The notes: generated by a model not told the origin, from the sequence alone. A stretch of DNA of 37,005 nt from Vulcanisaeta sp. AZ3 (GCA_000960865.2 JZWU02000013.1:1-37005), one strand, 5' to 3'; shown: positions 8,467-18,151, counted from the stretch's first letter. Translations and numbers: made by a program.

Positions 8467-9277
8467 TACCAAACACCTTAAGTGCCTCCTTAACACTCAA
8501 ACCAGATTTAACTACATTAAAGTATTCTCTTATTATCTCGTAATCAGCCTTATAATAACCATACATTGATGTAGGCCATGCGCCCTTTGGTGCGTGAACT
8601 ACCGCCGTAACCAAGAAACCAGGTATTGTTAGTCTTTCAGGATTCTCCTTGAAATAGCTTCTGGGTACAATCTCCTCAACCGTTACTATGGCCTTCCTAG
8701 CTGCTTGTATCTTAAGTAAATCCTCATACTTAGGCCCGAGCAGCTCTATATCACCCTCTTCATCAGCCTTATGAGCATGTACTATAGCTACATCAGGCCT
8801 TATGGCCCTAACGGCCACAAACTCCTCATCCTCATTGAATGGATTTTTAACAATCTTCCAAATACCTCTTTTAACATTTAACGGTACTAAATCACTCTCC
8901 AACGCTATTGCTGAGGGCATAAAGGGTAAACCATAGGCACCAGCCCTTAGACCAGCCATCACGCCCTCACAGACATCTTCTATGAACTCAACCTCACCGC
9001 TCTCAACCGCTCTTCTAAAGCCAGGTGCTATGCCAAGATGTTCGAAAGTGACCATGGCAGCCCTAATCTTTCTAACCCTGCCCGAAACTATCAATAGATC
9101 AAATGCAAGCCCTGGTTCCCTATCAACTAACGCCAAGTCTCTCTTACTTGACTTAGCTATAGTCAGCGCCATCGCCATTGGGTTTCTATGAAAGCTCATT
9201 CCACCAAGTGCTATTTCATCGCCATCATTAATTAACTCCAGGGCTTCAGAGAGACTCATTAACTTACTCTTACCCAT
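8459..9277 (-). CDS. CoA-transferase family alpha subunit (GctA/CatI/AibA-like)
   Basis: SKLMSLSEA, GG..HRNPMA, LRAGAYGLPFMP, PDVAIVHA.KAD..G and TVEEIV motifs. Confidence 0.92.
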   Translation of the reverse strand: MGKSKLMSLSEALELINDGDEIALGGMSFHRNPMAMALTIAKSSKRDLALVDREPGLAFDLLIVSGRVRKIRAAMVTFEHLGIAPGFRRAVESGEVEFIEDVCEGVMAGLRAGAYGLPFMPSAIALESDLVPLNVKRGIWKIVKNPFNEDEEFVAVRAIRPDVAIVHAHKADEEGDIELLGPKYEDLLKIQAARKAIVTVEEIVPRSYFKENPERLTIPGFLVTAVVHAPKGAWPTSMYGYYKADYEIIREYFNVVKSGLSVKEALKVFGNV

Positions 9278-9309
9278 ATCTTCTTCTAATTGCTTTAGAT
9301 AAATAAGCT

Positions 9310-9594
9310 TTATGCAAGGAACACCTTAGGTGCGATTAAGACATCATCACCATCATGAAGCCTTGTATTGAGACCATTAAGCCATTGAATGTCTCTACCA
9401 TTGACAATTATGATGAAGTTATCATTGAGATTGCCATTGCGAAGTAATAATCCTGGTATTTCTTTGTTCACCTTATGGAGACTCTTAATCAAATCAATAA
9501 CTGTGGATCCCTCGGGCAAATCAACGACCAGCCTAGTCTCATTAGTTAGTTCATGAAGTTCTGCGGAAAACACTACCTTAACTAACATCGTCAC
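9310..9594 (-). CDS. MoaD/ThiS/SAMP-like ubiquitin-fold protein lacking C-terminal GG
   Basis: VKVVF.A.L.E, GSTV.DL and IIVNGRDI..LNGLNT.L.DGDDV are typical, but it ends APKVFLA*. Confidence 0.85.
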   Translation of the reverse strand: MTMLVKVVFSAELHELTNETRLVVDLPEGSTVIDLIKSLHKVNKEIPGLLLRNGNLNDNFIIIVNGRDIQWLNGLNTRLHDGDDVLIAPKVFLA

Positions 9595-9833
9595 ACACAG
9601 ATAGAGTCTACGAATACCTTAGCTACTTCTCTAGCCCTATCTATGGAATTCGTTTTTTCAATACATACATTCTCCTCGTCTTTTAAGTAAACGATATAGG
9701 TATTACCGAGATTATAAATCATGCCTCTACCGAAGCAATTCTCCTCAAGTAATGTCTGGTAAACCTCAATGGGTTCCTTGTCTGATAAATTCTTAATAAC
9801 ATTCCTAACTACTTCATTATTGCATTCCATCAA
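9591..9833 (-). CDS. Hypothetical protein (80 aa)
   Basis: ORF whose stop overlaps the MoaD-like start (GTGA), with four dispersed Cys. Confidence 0.65.
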   Translation of the reverse strand: MMECNNEVVRNVIKNLSDKEPIEVYQTLLEENCFGRGMIYNLGNTYIVYLKDEENVCIEKTNSIDRAREVAKVFVDSICV

Positions 9834-9905
9834 TGCCTCAGAATAATGTCTAACTTATTAAGTGTTTTGCATTAATGCTTATATTTCATGTTAAGCTCAT
9901 CGTAT

Positions 9906-10376
9906 GTGAGTAGAGAGTATCCACGATATCCACTAGTCGGCGTTGGTGCCATAGTCATTAGGGACATTGATGAAATATTGCTTATCAAGAGAGGTACGGA
10001 ACCTAGTAAAGGTAAATGGTCGATACCGGGTGGTATGATTGAAGTTGGTGAGAGTCCTGAAGATGCTGTACTTAGGGAATTGAGGGAAGAGACAGGTATT
10101 GTCGGAAAAGTACGTGGGCTCTTTGGAGTTTATCAATATATCGAGAGAGACGTTGAGGGTAAGGTTAAGTATCATTTTATACTCCTCGACTATCTAGTCG
10201 ATAATGTTGGTGGCGAGTTAAAAGCCTCTACAGATGCCCTTGAGGCTCGCTTCTATAGATTAGCAGATGTATCGAATCTAGACCTTACCGATACATCTAG
10301 GCAATTAATTCAAGATTTACTCAGCGCTGGTTTTAGGTCTTGTGGCGGTTGCTTAATTAGATATGTTAATACCTAA
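9906..10376 (+). CDS. NUDIX hydrolase (ADP-ribose pyrophosphatase-like)
   Basis: Nudix box GGMIEVGESPEDAVLRELREETG. The likely start is GTG at (M)SREYP; ATG 9888 is the alternative. Confidence 0.92.
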   Translation: MSREYPRYPLVGVGAIVIRDIDEILLIKRGTEPSKGKWSIPGGMIEVGESPEDAVLRELREETGIVGKVRGLFGVYQYIERDVEGKVKYHFILLDYLVDNVGGELKASTDALEARFYRLADVSNLDLTDTSRQLIQDLLSAGFRSCGGCLIRYVNT

Positions 10377-10641
10377 CCTCGAAGTCTTCAAATTCACCCT
10401 TAGGCTCCTCATCTATTACCTCAAAATCCTCCACAAGAGCGCCTGGAGGTCCTCTCTTCACAATCTGTAGTAACTGTTCGATAGACTCATCAGATCCCTC
10501 AGCGACAATCTCAACACTGAAACCATCAGGTAAATTTCTAACGAAACCCTTAGCACCCAGTCTCTTGGCATTCCTAACAACAAAGGCCCTGAACCCAACT
10601 CCCTGCACAATACCACGTATTATTACGCGAACCCTCCTCAT
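10366..10641 (-). CDS. acyP: Acylphosphatase
   Basis: G.VQGVGFR, GFVRNLPDG and GPPGA.V motifs. Confidence 0.95.
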   Translation of the reverse strand: MRRVRVIIRGIVQGVGFRAFVVRNAKRLGAKGFVRNLPDGFSVEIVAEGSDESIEQLLQIVKRGPPGALVEDFEVIDEEPKGEFEDFEVRY

Positions 10642-10681
10642 CTAAAATCCTTATTAATTTTGGGTTTTAAATATACTCAAC

Positions 10682-12322
10682 GTGAATATCGCGAGCATTG
10701 ATAGATTAATTAAGGCATTACCTGGAATCGTGCTATTCATAAGTATAATGCCTGTACTTAAGCTTCAGCCCATAGGTGCAGTCGTAATAGTAGCTCTCTT
10801 CGTCTTATTCTATGAGTTATTCAGAAAGTACCCACTTAGGGGCGGTTGGTTAATAATGCAAATAGTCCTTGAGGTGACCATAGTCATAGCCACATTATTC
10901 CTAATAACCACAAACAATTTCTACGATGCATTAGCCGTGTTCCTTGGGTTCATAATACTCGTGCTGTCTGTAAGAGTTGCCGATCTTAGGGCTTTAGCGG
11001 TTCTAACAGGGATATACATACTTTACCTATTATATCTGGGCTATAAAAATCCAGTACCAACGAATCTCTATATATTGGCTAATTCACTATTAATATTCAT
11101 GTCAATGTTTATAATAATGATTAGGAATGCTATATTAATTTATAGGATCGACGTTCCCGAGGATATCATAGACCTTGGGATTACGTATTTGGGCATCGCC
11201 TTGCTAATACCATCTGCAGCTGTGTTAGTACTAATGAATAAACAATATCTGTACATGGCATTAGTGCCTCCAATGGTATCAGCGATACCTATGGCTAAGA
11301 GGTACTCAAGCTATGTAATTGCGGTTCTCATATTAGTAATGTTAATTTACAGTGTTTATCCAGTAATTAGATTATTGTGGGGTGCGGTGATTGTAGTCAC
11401 GTTGATCTTTACGATTATGTACCTAAGGCCATCACGTCTAAGGTTCATTAAGGGCCTCAAGCCGCCAATATCGTGGTTAGGCACTTGGTTAGGTGGCAAG
11501 TACCTCATTGATACGATTATAGCCACTGGTGGTTTTAGTTATGTCGTTAGAGGTAGGGATGAGTGGGGTAGAGTGTACGCCATAAAGATTCTCAGAGATG
11601 TAGACTCGAGAGGCAACCCACTGGCCAATGACAAGAGGGTACTCTCATCATTTAAGAAGGAGATGAGTGAGTATTTACTTATCGATAGTCCACGTATTGT
11701 TAAGGTATTTGAAGTTCACATACCACCTGACGAGAAGCTACCATATGAGTCCCTTGAAGATTACTTGAGTGAACCACCATATGTAGTTATGGAGTACATG
11801 GAAGGTGGATCTCTGAGAGACCTGCTTAGAGAGAAGGGTCCTTTAGATATCAATGATTTCCTCAGGATCGCTCTCTCAATAACCCTGGCGCTCAATGAAT
11901 TACATAAATCTAACATAATACATCTTGATTTAAAACCTGAGAACATACTATTTAAAGATAGAGGTAAGAACATCGTCAAGATTGGCGATCTCGGCGCGGC
12001 TAAGATAATGGTCGGCGGTAAATCCTATGTTAGCCAATTCTCAATAGCCTATGCAGCTCCCGAGGTGAGTAAAGGTATTGCAGATATTAGGTCTGATATA
12101 TATTCGCTCTCCTGCATATTTTACGAAATGCTTACAGGAATAAACCCACACCTATACAGACTAAGCCATGGTCAGTACGCAATACCGCCAATAAATAGCT
12201 ATAGGCCAGACATACCCCCAGAATTAGCCTCAATAATAATGAAAGGTCTTGAATTAAACCCCACATTAAGACCCTCCGGTACAGACGAGATAATATACGT
12301 CCTCAATAAGTTAATACATTAA
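10682..12322 (+). CDS. Membrane-bound Hanks-type Ser/Thr protein kinase
   Basis: About 250-aa polytopic N-terminus, followed by TGGFSYV, YAIK, MEYMEGGSL, HLDLKPEN, DLG, YAAPE and SDIYSL. Confidence 0.93.
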   Translation: MNIASIDRLIKALPGIVLFISIMPVLKLQPIGAVVIVALFVLFYELFRKYPLRGGWLIMQIVLEVTIVIATLFLITTNNFYDALAVFLGFIILVLSVRVADLRALAVLTGIYILYLLYLGYKNPVPTNLYILANSLLIFMSMFIIMIRNAILIYRIDVPEDIIDLGITYLGIALLIPSAAVLVLMNKQYLYMALVPPMVSAIPMAKRYSSYVIAVLILVMLIYSVYPVIRLLWGAVIVVTLIFTIMYLRPSRLRFIKGLKPPISWLGTWLGGKYLIDTIIATGGFSYVVRGRDEWGRVYAIKILRDVDSRGNPLANDKRVLSSFKKEMSEYLLIDSPRIVKVFEVHIPPDEKLPYESLEDYLSEPPYVVMEYMEGGSLRDLLREKGPLDINDFLRIALSITLALNELHKSNIIHLDLKPENILFKDRGKNIVKIGDLGAAKIMVGGKSYVSQFSIAYAAPEVSKGIADIRSDIYSLSCIFYEMLTGINPHLYRLSHGQYAIPPINSYRPDIPPELASIIMKGLELNPTLRPSGTDEIIYVLNKLIH

Positions 12323-12726
12323 TCAGCCAGCCCACCCGCCACTGATAATTTAATAATCGTATAATAACCCAGCCTAATCACAGCCTCGTTACTAAACCTA
12401 TATTCATTAATTTTCTTAAACGTGCCTCCATCAAGTACATAAGTACCATTTGTACTATTTAAGTCCTTAATTAATAATTCATTACCAACTACAGTTATTA
12501 CTGCATGTTTTCTCGAAACCGTGGGGTCCGGTATTATAACCATATTCTCAGGGCTCCTACCGAGCGTTATCTCCTTAATTACGGACAGATCAAACATTAC
12601 CTTGAGATCCTTCATGACTTCTTTGGGGCTCTCAATAAACGTTAGCTCAAGCTTATTGAGATCTCTTCTCAAGGTTTCTGTGTCTAAAGATTCCATCCTC
12701 CTTGTCTCTACATCATTAGATGACAT
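12319..12726 (-). CDS. Stand-alone FHA domain protein
   Basis: LGRSPEN, VSRKHA and DLNSTNGT pThr-binding signature residues. Confidence 0.92.
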   Translation of the reverse strand: MSSNDVETRRMESLDTETLRRDLNKLELTFIESPKEVMKDLKVMFDLSVIKEITLGRSPENMVIIPDPTVSRKHAVITVVGNELLIKDLNSTNGTYVLDGGTFKKINEYRFSNEAVIRLGYYTIIKLSVAGGLAD

Positions 12727-12780
12727 TACTTACATTAATCGGCCTAGTGACTTATAAGAGTTATGTTGCATTATGTAATT

Positions 12781-13179
12781 TTAAGACCCAGTAGGGCCTC
12801 TCTCATTGGCCTGCTGCGTCGTTGGTGTTGGCTGTGCCTGGGCAGGCTTATTAACCGATGGTGCAGTGATAGTCTCCTTGCGCACTGGGGCTTTTGTTAA
12901 TGTAACTTTTCTCTTCCTCTCATCCTCAGCCCTAACCTTCAGTATTCCGAGATAAATGGCACAATTTATACAATAAGTTTTAGTTACGTAATACCTAGGC
13001 ACTATCGCTCCCTGCTTTTCTAACTCTCTTGCCAAATCGGCTGGCACTGGTGAATATGGCACAGTAACCCTCACAGCCTTCGATCTAGGTACAAGTTTTC
13101 CACAATTATCGCAATAAACCATGGGTTCTTTGCCCTTATCACCTTTATGGCGTCCACGGTTCTTCCTCTTCTTTGGCAT
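12781..13179 (-). CDS. rps26e: 30S ribosomal protein S26e
   Basis: MPKKRKNRGR.KGDKG, CDNCG, CINCA, plus a low-complexity tail. Confidence 0.95.
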   Translation of the reverse strand: MPKKRKNRGRHKGDKGKEPMVYCDNCGKLVPRSKAVRVTVPYSPVPADLARELEKQGAIVPRYYVTKTYCINCAIYLGILKVRAEDERKRKVTLTKAPVRKETITAPSVNKPAQAQPTPTTQQANERGPTGS

Positions 13180-13300
13180 ACACATCGTTGTATAGTTAGG
13201 TGCTTAAAAATCATACCCCCATCATTAGATGCTTCAAATTCGCCGGTTATCTTTCATAAGGTTTTTAATCATTAATTAGAATAATACTATTGTGAGTTAG

Positions 13301-14443
13301 ATGAAAGAGGCCACGTTGTACAAAGTATTACCTGACGGTAGGATCGAGTGCACTGCCTGCGCAAGGAGGTGTAAACTCTCCGAGGGACAGTACGGATTTT
13401 GTGGTGTTAGATGGAATTTGGGAGGTAAGCTGTACCTGATGGTTTATGGCAAAGTCTCAGCAATGGCCGTAGATCCCATAGAGAAGAAGCCTCTTTATCA
13501 TTTCAATCCCGGATCCATGGTCCTCTCCCTCTCCACATACGGCTGCAGCTGGGCATGCCAGTACTGTCAGAACTTCGATATAAGCCAGCGTAGGATATTG
13601 GAGGGATTTGAGATGGCGCCTGAGAGGATAGTGGAGCTTGCAGAGACTTATGGTGCTCAGGGTATCACTTACACATATAATGAGCCATCAATATTCACCG
13701 AATTTGCGCATGACGTGGGCATATTGGCTAAGAAGAGAGGCTTGTTTAATACCTACGTTACGAATGGCTACATGACCGATGATGCCGTCCAAATGTTACA
13801 AGAATTTCTCGATGCAGCCACTGTTGATTTTAAGGGAAATGCAGAACCCAAGTTTCTTAGGAGATTCTCAATGGTTCCTGACCCGGAACCAATATTCCAA
13901 ACACTTCTTGAGATGAAAAGAAAGGGCATTTTCATAGAAGTCACAGATCTCGTAGTTCCCGAGATAGGAGATAACCTGGAGTATGCACGTAGGTTAGCCA
14001 AGTGGATTGTGGATAACCTAGGACCTGAAACACCAATCCACTTCCTCAGATTCCACCCGGACTATAAAGTTGACTATTTACCACCAACCCCCATAGAGAC
14101 CTTAGAAAAGCATGCTCAAGTGGCTAGGGAGGAGGGGTTAAAATATGTATACATAGGTAATGTTCCAGGGCATCCGCTGGAAAATACCTACTGCCCTAGC
14201 TGCGGTAGGGTTGTGATTAAGAGGAGGGGTTTCGATATACTTGAAGTTAACCTAACGGAAGATGGAAGATGTAAATTCTGTGGTACTAAGATCAATATTG
14301 GCGGTAGGGTGCAACCAACTTGGAGAATGAATGAGAGGTTTGCCTATGTTCCGCTGGAACTATTAAGCAATTATGTTAAGATATCTAAAGAACAGATAGA
14401 GGGATTAAGGAGGATACGCGTTAAAGGCCAAGGTCTTAGATAA
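13301..14443 (+). CDS. amrS: AmmeMemoRadiSam-type radical SAM enzyme (PFL-activase-like)
   Basis: [21 protein letters not shown], CxxxCxxC (CSWACQYC), YTYNEP, RFHPDY and NTYCP.CG motifs. Confidence 0.9.
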   Translation: MKEATLYKVLPDGRIECTACARRCKLSEGQYGFCGVRWNLGGKLYLMVYGKVSAMAVDPIEKKPLYHFNPGSMVLSLSTYGCSWACQYCQNFDISQRRILEGFEMAPERIVELAETYGAQGITYTYNEPSIFTEFAHDVGILAKKRGLFNTYVTNGYMTDDAVQMLQEFLDAATVDFKGNAEPKFLRRFSMVPDPEPIFQTLLEMKRKGIFIEVTDLVVPEIGDNLEYARRLAKWIVDNLGPETPIHFLRFHPDYKVDYLPPTPIETLEKHAQVAREEGLKYVYIGNVPGHPLENTYCPSCGRVVIKRRGFDILEVNLTEDGRCKFCGTKINIGGRVQPTWRMNERFAYVPLELLSNYVKISKEQIEGLRRIRVKGQGLR

Positions 14444-14449
14444 AGAAAC

Positions 14450-14848
14450 CTAAGGTAACTTTCTAATCCTGACATTCCTAACACAGAGTATTCTCCCCGT
14501 AATGTAAGCGGTACTTCCACTCATCATCACGGTTATACCAGTGAGGTCATCATCGAGATTAAGAGAGCGCATTGGAACACTTATGCTCACAACGCTCACA
14601 CCCATATTAATCCTAACCATATACTCATCATTATCAGGATCGATAATCGTCAATACAAAGCTCGTTAGGTCATCAGACACTCTATGTTCTCTCCACCCAA
14701 GCAACCAATAATCACTATACCTAGAATTAATGCCCTTCAACAATGAAATTAATTCACGTTCATCAAAACACTTACCCACCGATAAACCAACACTCTTTAA
14801 GAACCTCCTAATCCCCCTCGTTGATCTCTCCACTAGGCTGACAACCAT
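14450..14848 (-). CDS. Hypothetical protein
   Basis: Globular-looking ORF. The start was moved to MVVSLVERST because the upstream extension reads like promoter DNA. Confidence 0.65.
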   Translation of the reverse strand: MVVSLVERSTRGIRRFLKSVGLSVGKCFDERELISLLKGINSRYSDYWLLGWREHRVSDDLTSFVLTIIDPDNDEYMVRINMGVSVVSISVPMRSLNLDDDLTGITVMMSGSTAYITGRILCVRNVRIRKLP

Positions 14849-14975
14849 TTTCACCGTAGGCAAAAAACGCATTATAAACCTCACCCTCAAAATAACAATA
14901 AATTCCACAAATAACAAACAACAAACACCTAACCTATTGAGCATATCAGAGTTAAAGTGACTATGTATATCGTGA

Positions 14976-16763
14976 TCATTTAGTCATATTTTGAGATTTA
15001 ATTATCCTAACCTTAATGCCGTTAAGTCTCGGTGTTCCAGCATATTTACCTCTCTCGGACCCAATTATGCCATTTATAGGCTTTCCATCAAGATCTATTA
15101 GGCCGTTCTTATGAATTAAAGCAATACCCTTTGGTATACTAGGGTCCTTAACAGCCTTAACCTTCACCTTACCATACCTCGTTTCAAGTATTACCTTTCC
15201 CTCATAATCATGTGTATGAAGTATCGGTTCTGGGCTTCCATATACCTCATGGAACTGAGTATTCGTATATAACAAGTGCCCAGCAAATACTAAGTAGATC
15301 TCATCATCCCTAAGTGGTTCAGGTTCAATGAGATTAGGAAGTGGTAAGGCATCAGGTTCCTCGGCAGGTAGATATCTCGGTCTCATCTTAACTATCTTCT
15401 TAACCTTAAGTTCCTCGAGAGTTATACCAACCCCCCTTATGGCAACATCAACTGCATGCCACGGGTCTTCCTCAAGCAATGGATGCGTAATACCAATTTC
15501 CCTGGCTAATCTCCTAACTAAGTCTGCTTCTGAGATACCTCTAAGCGGCTTAATGGGTTCATTGTAGACTAAGTAATCATGCCAATAACTATACATAACA
15601 TCATACTTCTCTAAGAATGTTGGTGCCGGAATGACAACATCCGCTACCTTAGCAGTCTCTGACCAGAATGGATCGTGAACAATTAGCCTAACCCTACCTT
15701 CCTTCACAGCTTCAAGAAGTCTATCACCACCAGGTAATGTAATGATGGGATTCTCATTCCAAGTATATACTATGTCAATCTCACCGCGTTCCACATAATT
15801 ACTGAACTCAGCCATTGGTATTACCCTAGATGATGTAGCCATGTGAAGGCCTCTTAGGTAATCAAAGTCTATCCCCCAACCTAGGGAGTTGGAATAGTAG
15901 TAACCCCTTCTTAAACCAATTAAGGCTGGTATCAGGGATATCATGCCTATAGCATCGCCGCCATTTAACGATCTACCTAGTGCAAAGCCTATAAGAGTTA
16001 AGGGCTTATGCTCGTGGTAAAATTCTGCCAACCACTTAATATCGTTGATAGAAACACCACTAGTCCTTGATAGATAATCGAGAGAAAATCCCTTAACATA
16101 ATTCGCCAACTCCTCGAGATGTTTAACCTTACCCTCAACCAATCCTTCTTCAATTAAGATCTTAATTACGCCGAGGGCCAGGAAGACGTCCGTGCCAGGC
16201 CTAACAATGATGGCTTTATTCGATTTAAGGGCCGTATCGCTAAGCCTAACGTCTATAGATACCTTGAACTTCTTAATAAACAATGCCCATATGTGCAACG
16301 CAGAAGTACTGGCTGGAAATGCCCAGAACACAGCTGAGTCGTAATTAAGGAAGTCCTCGGGTGTGGCACCCATGCTTGTCCCATAATGAGCTTTAATTGC
16401 TGCATGGCCCTCCGAAGAACATATACTCCTATCTGTCTGCGAAGCACCAATGGCATTGAATAGTCTATCTGGGTAATACCAAGTTAGTAGTCCTTGATTA
16501 CCATCATAATCTGTACGTAATATCTTAGCAGGATTTTTCTTCATTTCATCTTTTAATAACTTAGCCACGTATTTAATAGCCTCATCAATACTTACTTCCT
16601 TACCATTAATATAAGCAGAATCAACTCTATTCCTCTCATTTCTAATCAAGTCAGCCCTGCCTCTAGCACATGTAAATCCATTAATTGGATATATCCTCAA
16701 GGGCTTATATTCCTCGTTGAATATACACGTATCATAACAATCCCTCGTGCATGCAATAACCAT
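14976..16763 (-). CDS. Molybdopterin-dependent oxidoreductase (DMSO reductase superfamily)
   Basis: N-terminal 4Fe-4S motif CTRDCYDTC...CARG, RSICS, RPGTD..LALG and DPFWSETAKVADVVIPA.TFLE. Confidence 0.88.
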   Translation of the reverse strand: MVIACTRDCYDTCIFNEEYKPLRIYPINGFTCARGRADLIRNERNRVDSAYINGKEVSIDEAIKYVAKLLKDEMKKNPAKILRTDYDGNQGLLTWYYPDRLFNAIGASQTDRSICSSEGHAAIKAHYGTSMGATPEDFLNYDSAVFWAFPASTSALHIWALFIKKFKVSIDVRLSDTALKSNKAIIVRPGTDVFLALGVIKILIEEGLVEGKVKHLEELANYVKGFSLDYLSRTSGVSINDIKWLAEFYHEHKPLTLIGFALGRSLNGGDAIGMISLIPALIGLRRGYYYSNSLGWGIDFDYLRGLHMATSSRVIPMAEFSNYVERGEIDIVYTWNENPIITLPGGDRLLEAVKEGRVRLIVHDPFWSETAKVADVVIPAPTFLEKYDVMYSYWHDYLVYNEPIKPLRGISEADLVRRLAREIGITHPLLEEDPWHAVDVAIRGVGITLEELKVKKIVKMRPRYLPAEEPDALPLPNLIEPEPLRDDEIYLVFAGHLLYTNTQFHEVYGSPEPILHTHDYEGKVILETRYGKVKVKAVKDPSIPKGIALIHKNGLIDLDGKPINGIIGSERGKYAGTPRLNGIKVRIIKSQNMTK

Positions 16764-16829
16764 ACCCTTTGAACGATGTATCTACCAAGTATTTATTAAT
16801 AAATTCCTAGAGTTCTTGAAAGATGCAGC

Positions 16830-17966
16830 ATGTCTAGAGATTTCGATGTAATAATAATTGGCGCAGGCTCCACGGGTTCTACAATAGCTTACTACCTTGC
16901 CAAGGAGGGTTTCAAAGTTCTCGTTATAGATGCCAGAGGAGTAGCCCAGGGAATGACTGCTTACTCCCTAGGCCTTATCAGGAGCTATTATACGAACGAA
17001 GATGTAGTTCACATGGCTCACTACAGTCATCAATTCTTCATAAACTTTGATAAAGAATTTGGGATTAAGATTTTCACAAAGACTGGTCTTTTAGTTATTG
17101 GTAATAACGAGAGTAATATGCGCGCAATATATAATATGCTAGTCAGTGCTGGTACCAAGGTTAAGTTAATGAGTGGTAATGAAATTAGAGATTTCCTAGA
17201 CGCTGAAGTTTCAGATGACGAGTTAGGTATTTATGAGGAGGATGCAGGCTATGCGGATACAAGTCTATATACGAACACGGTAATGAACAAGGCTAGGGAG
17301 TTAGGCGCTAGCCTTGCTAATGATGAGGCTAAGGTTTTAATAAATGATAATGAGGTTAAAGGAGTTGAGTTAACTCATAGTCACGCTGTAATTAAGGCTG
17401 AACATTACGTAGTGGCCACGGGCGTATGGACACCTAAACTATTACCACAATTAAAACTGCCTATCAAGAATGTAATAGAGAGAGTTGTTAGAGTTGATAT
17501 TAGTAGGTCATTACCTAACGTATTTGATTACGTAAATAACTTCTACGTGAGGCCTGAGGGATCGAGCAATGGACTAATGGGTCTACTTTACCCACCAGAG
17601 GATATTTGGCAGGATCCTGACACTTTCAATGCGCTCGCACAACCATCTCTCGAATATTCACTTAATGTTATGGAAAGAGCAGCCAAGAGAATGCCCTGGT
17701 TCGAGAGCGCAAAGTTCATTGGCGGTTGGCAAGGGCTTTATGACGTAACTCCAGACTGGATGCCAATAATTGACGAACCGATAAATGACTTAATTATGTG
17801 CGTGGGCCTAAGTGGACATGGATTCAAGTTAGCCCCCGCCTTTGCATTAATGGTACTTGAGATTATTAAGTACGGAGAACCAAAGACATTCAGAAACATA
17901 TTCAAGCTCAGTAGGTTTAGGGAGGGCAAATTAATAAGAGGTGCTGAGGAGATCGCCGCCTTTTAA
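16830..17966 (+). CDS. FAD-dependent oxidoreductase (DAAO/sarcosine oxidase beta/proline dehydrogenase family)
   Basis: IIGAGSTG, YDVTPDWMPII, GLSGHGFKLAPA and SRF motifs. Confidence 0.9.
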   Translation: MSRDFDVIIIGAGSTGSTIAYYLAKEGFKVLVIDARGVAQGMTAYSLGLIRSYYTNEDVVHMAHYSHQFFINFDKEFGIKIFTKTGLLVIGNNESNMRAIYNMLVSAGTKVKLMSGNEIRDFLDAEVSDDELGIYEEDAGYADTSLYTNTVMNKARELGASLANDEAKVLINDNEVKGVELTHSHAVIKAEHYVVATGVWTPKLLPQLKLPIKNVIERVVRVDISRSLPNVFDYVNNFYVRPEGSSNGLMGLLYPPEDIWQDPDTFNALAQPSLEYSLNVMERAAKRMPWFESAKFIGGWQGLYDVTPDWMPIIDEPINDLIMCVGLSGHGFKLAPAFALMVLEIIKYGEPKTFRNIFKLSRFREGKLIRGAEEIAAF

Positions 17967-18035
17967 TCAATGAAGTTCATTTTATTCATCCAAAGTGGAT
18001 TAAGGACATATTAAGAGGCATGACCTATATTCAAT

Positions 18036-18151
18036 TGGTGGACCGGCCGGGATTTGAACCCGGGATCTCCCGCGATCCTGGTCATAGAACCTGCGAGGCA
18101 TGTGCGGGACCTTTTGCCCCTGGGCATCCTTCCAGGCTAGACTACCGGCCC
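18036..18151 (-). tRNA. tRNA-Ala(CGC) with two introns (29/30: 18100-18121; 37/38: 18075-18091), CCA encoded
   Basis: Acceptor GGGCCGG/CCGGTCC with the G3:U70 Ala determinant, A73, CCA. Removing 22 and 17 nt gives CCCGC-CT-CGC-AC-GCGGG (77 nt mature). Confidence 0.92.

Noticed and set aside
13301-14443. amrS without adjacent amrA/amrB
   Set aside because: Gene dispersal is general in this window, so the absence is uninformative.
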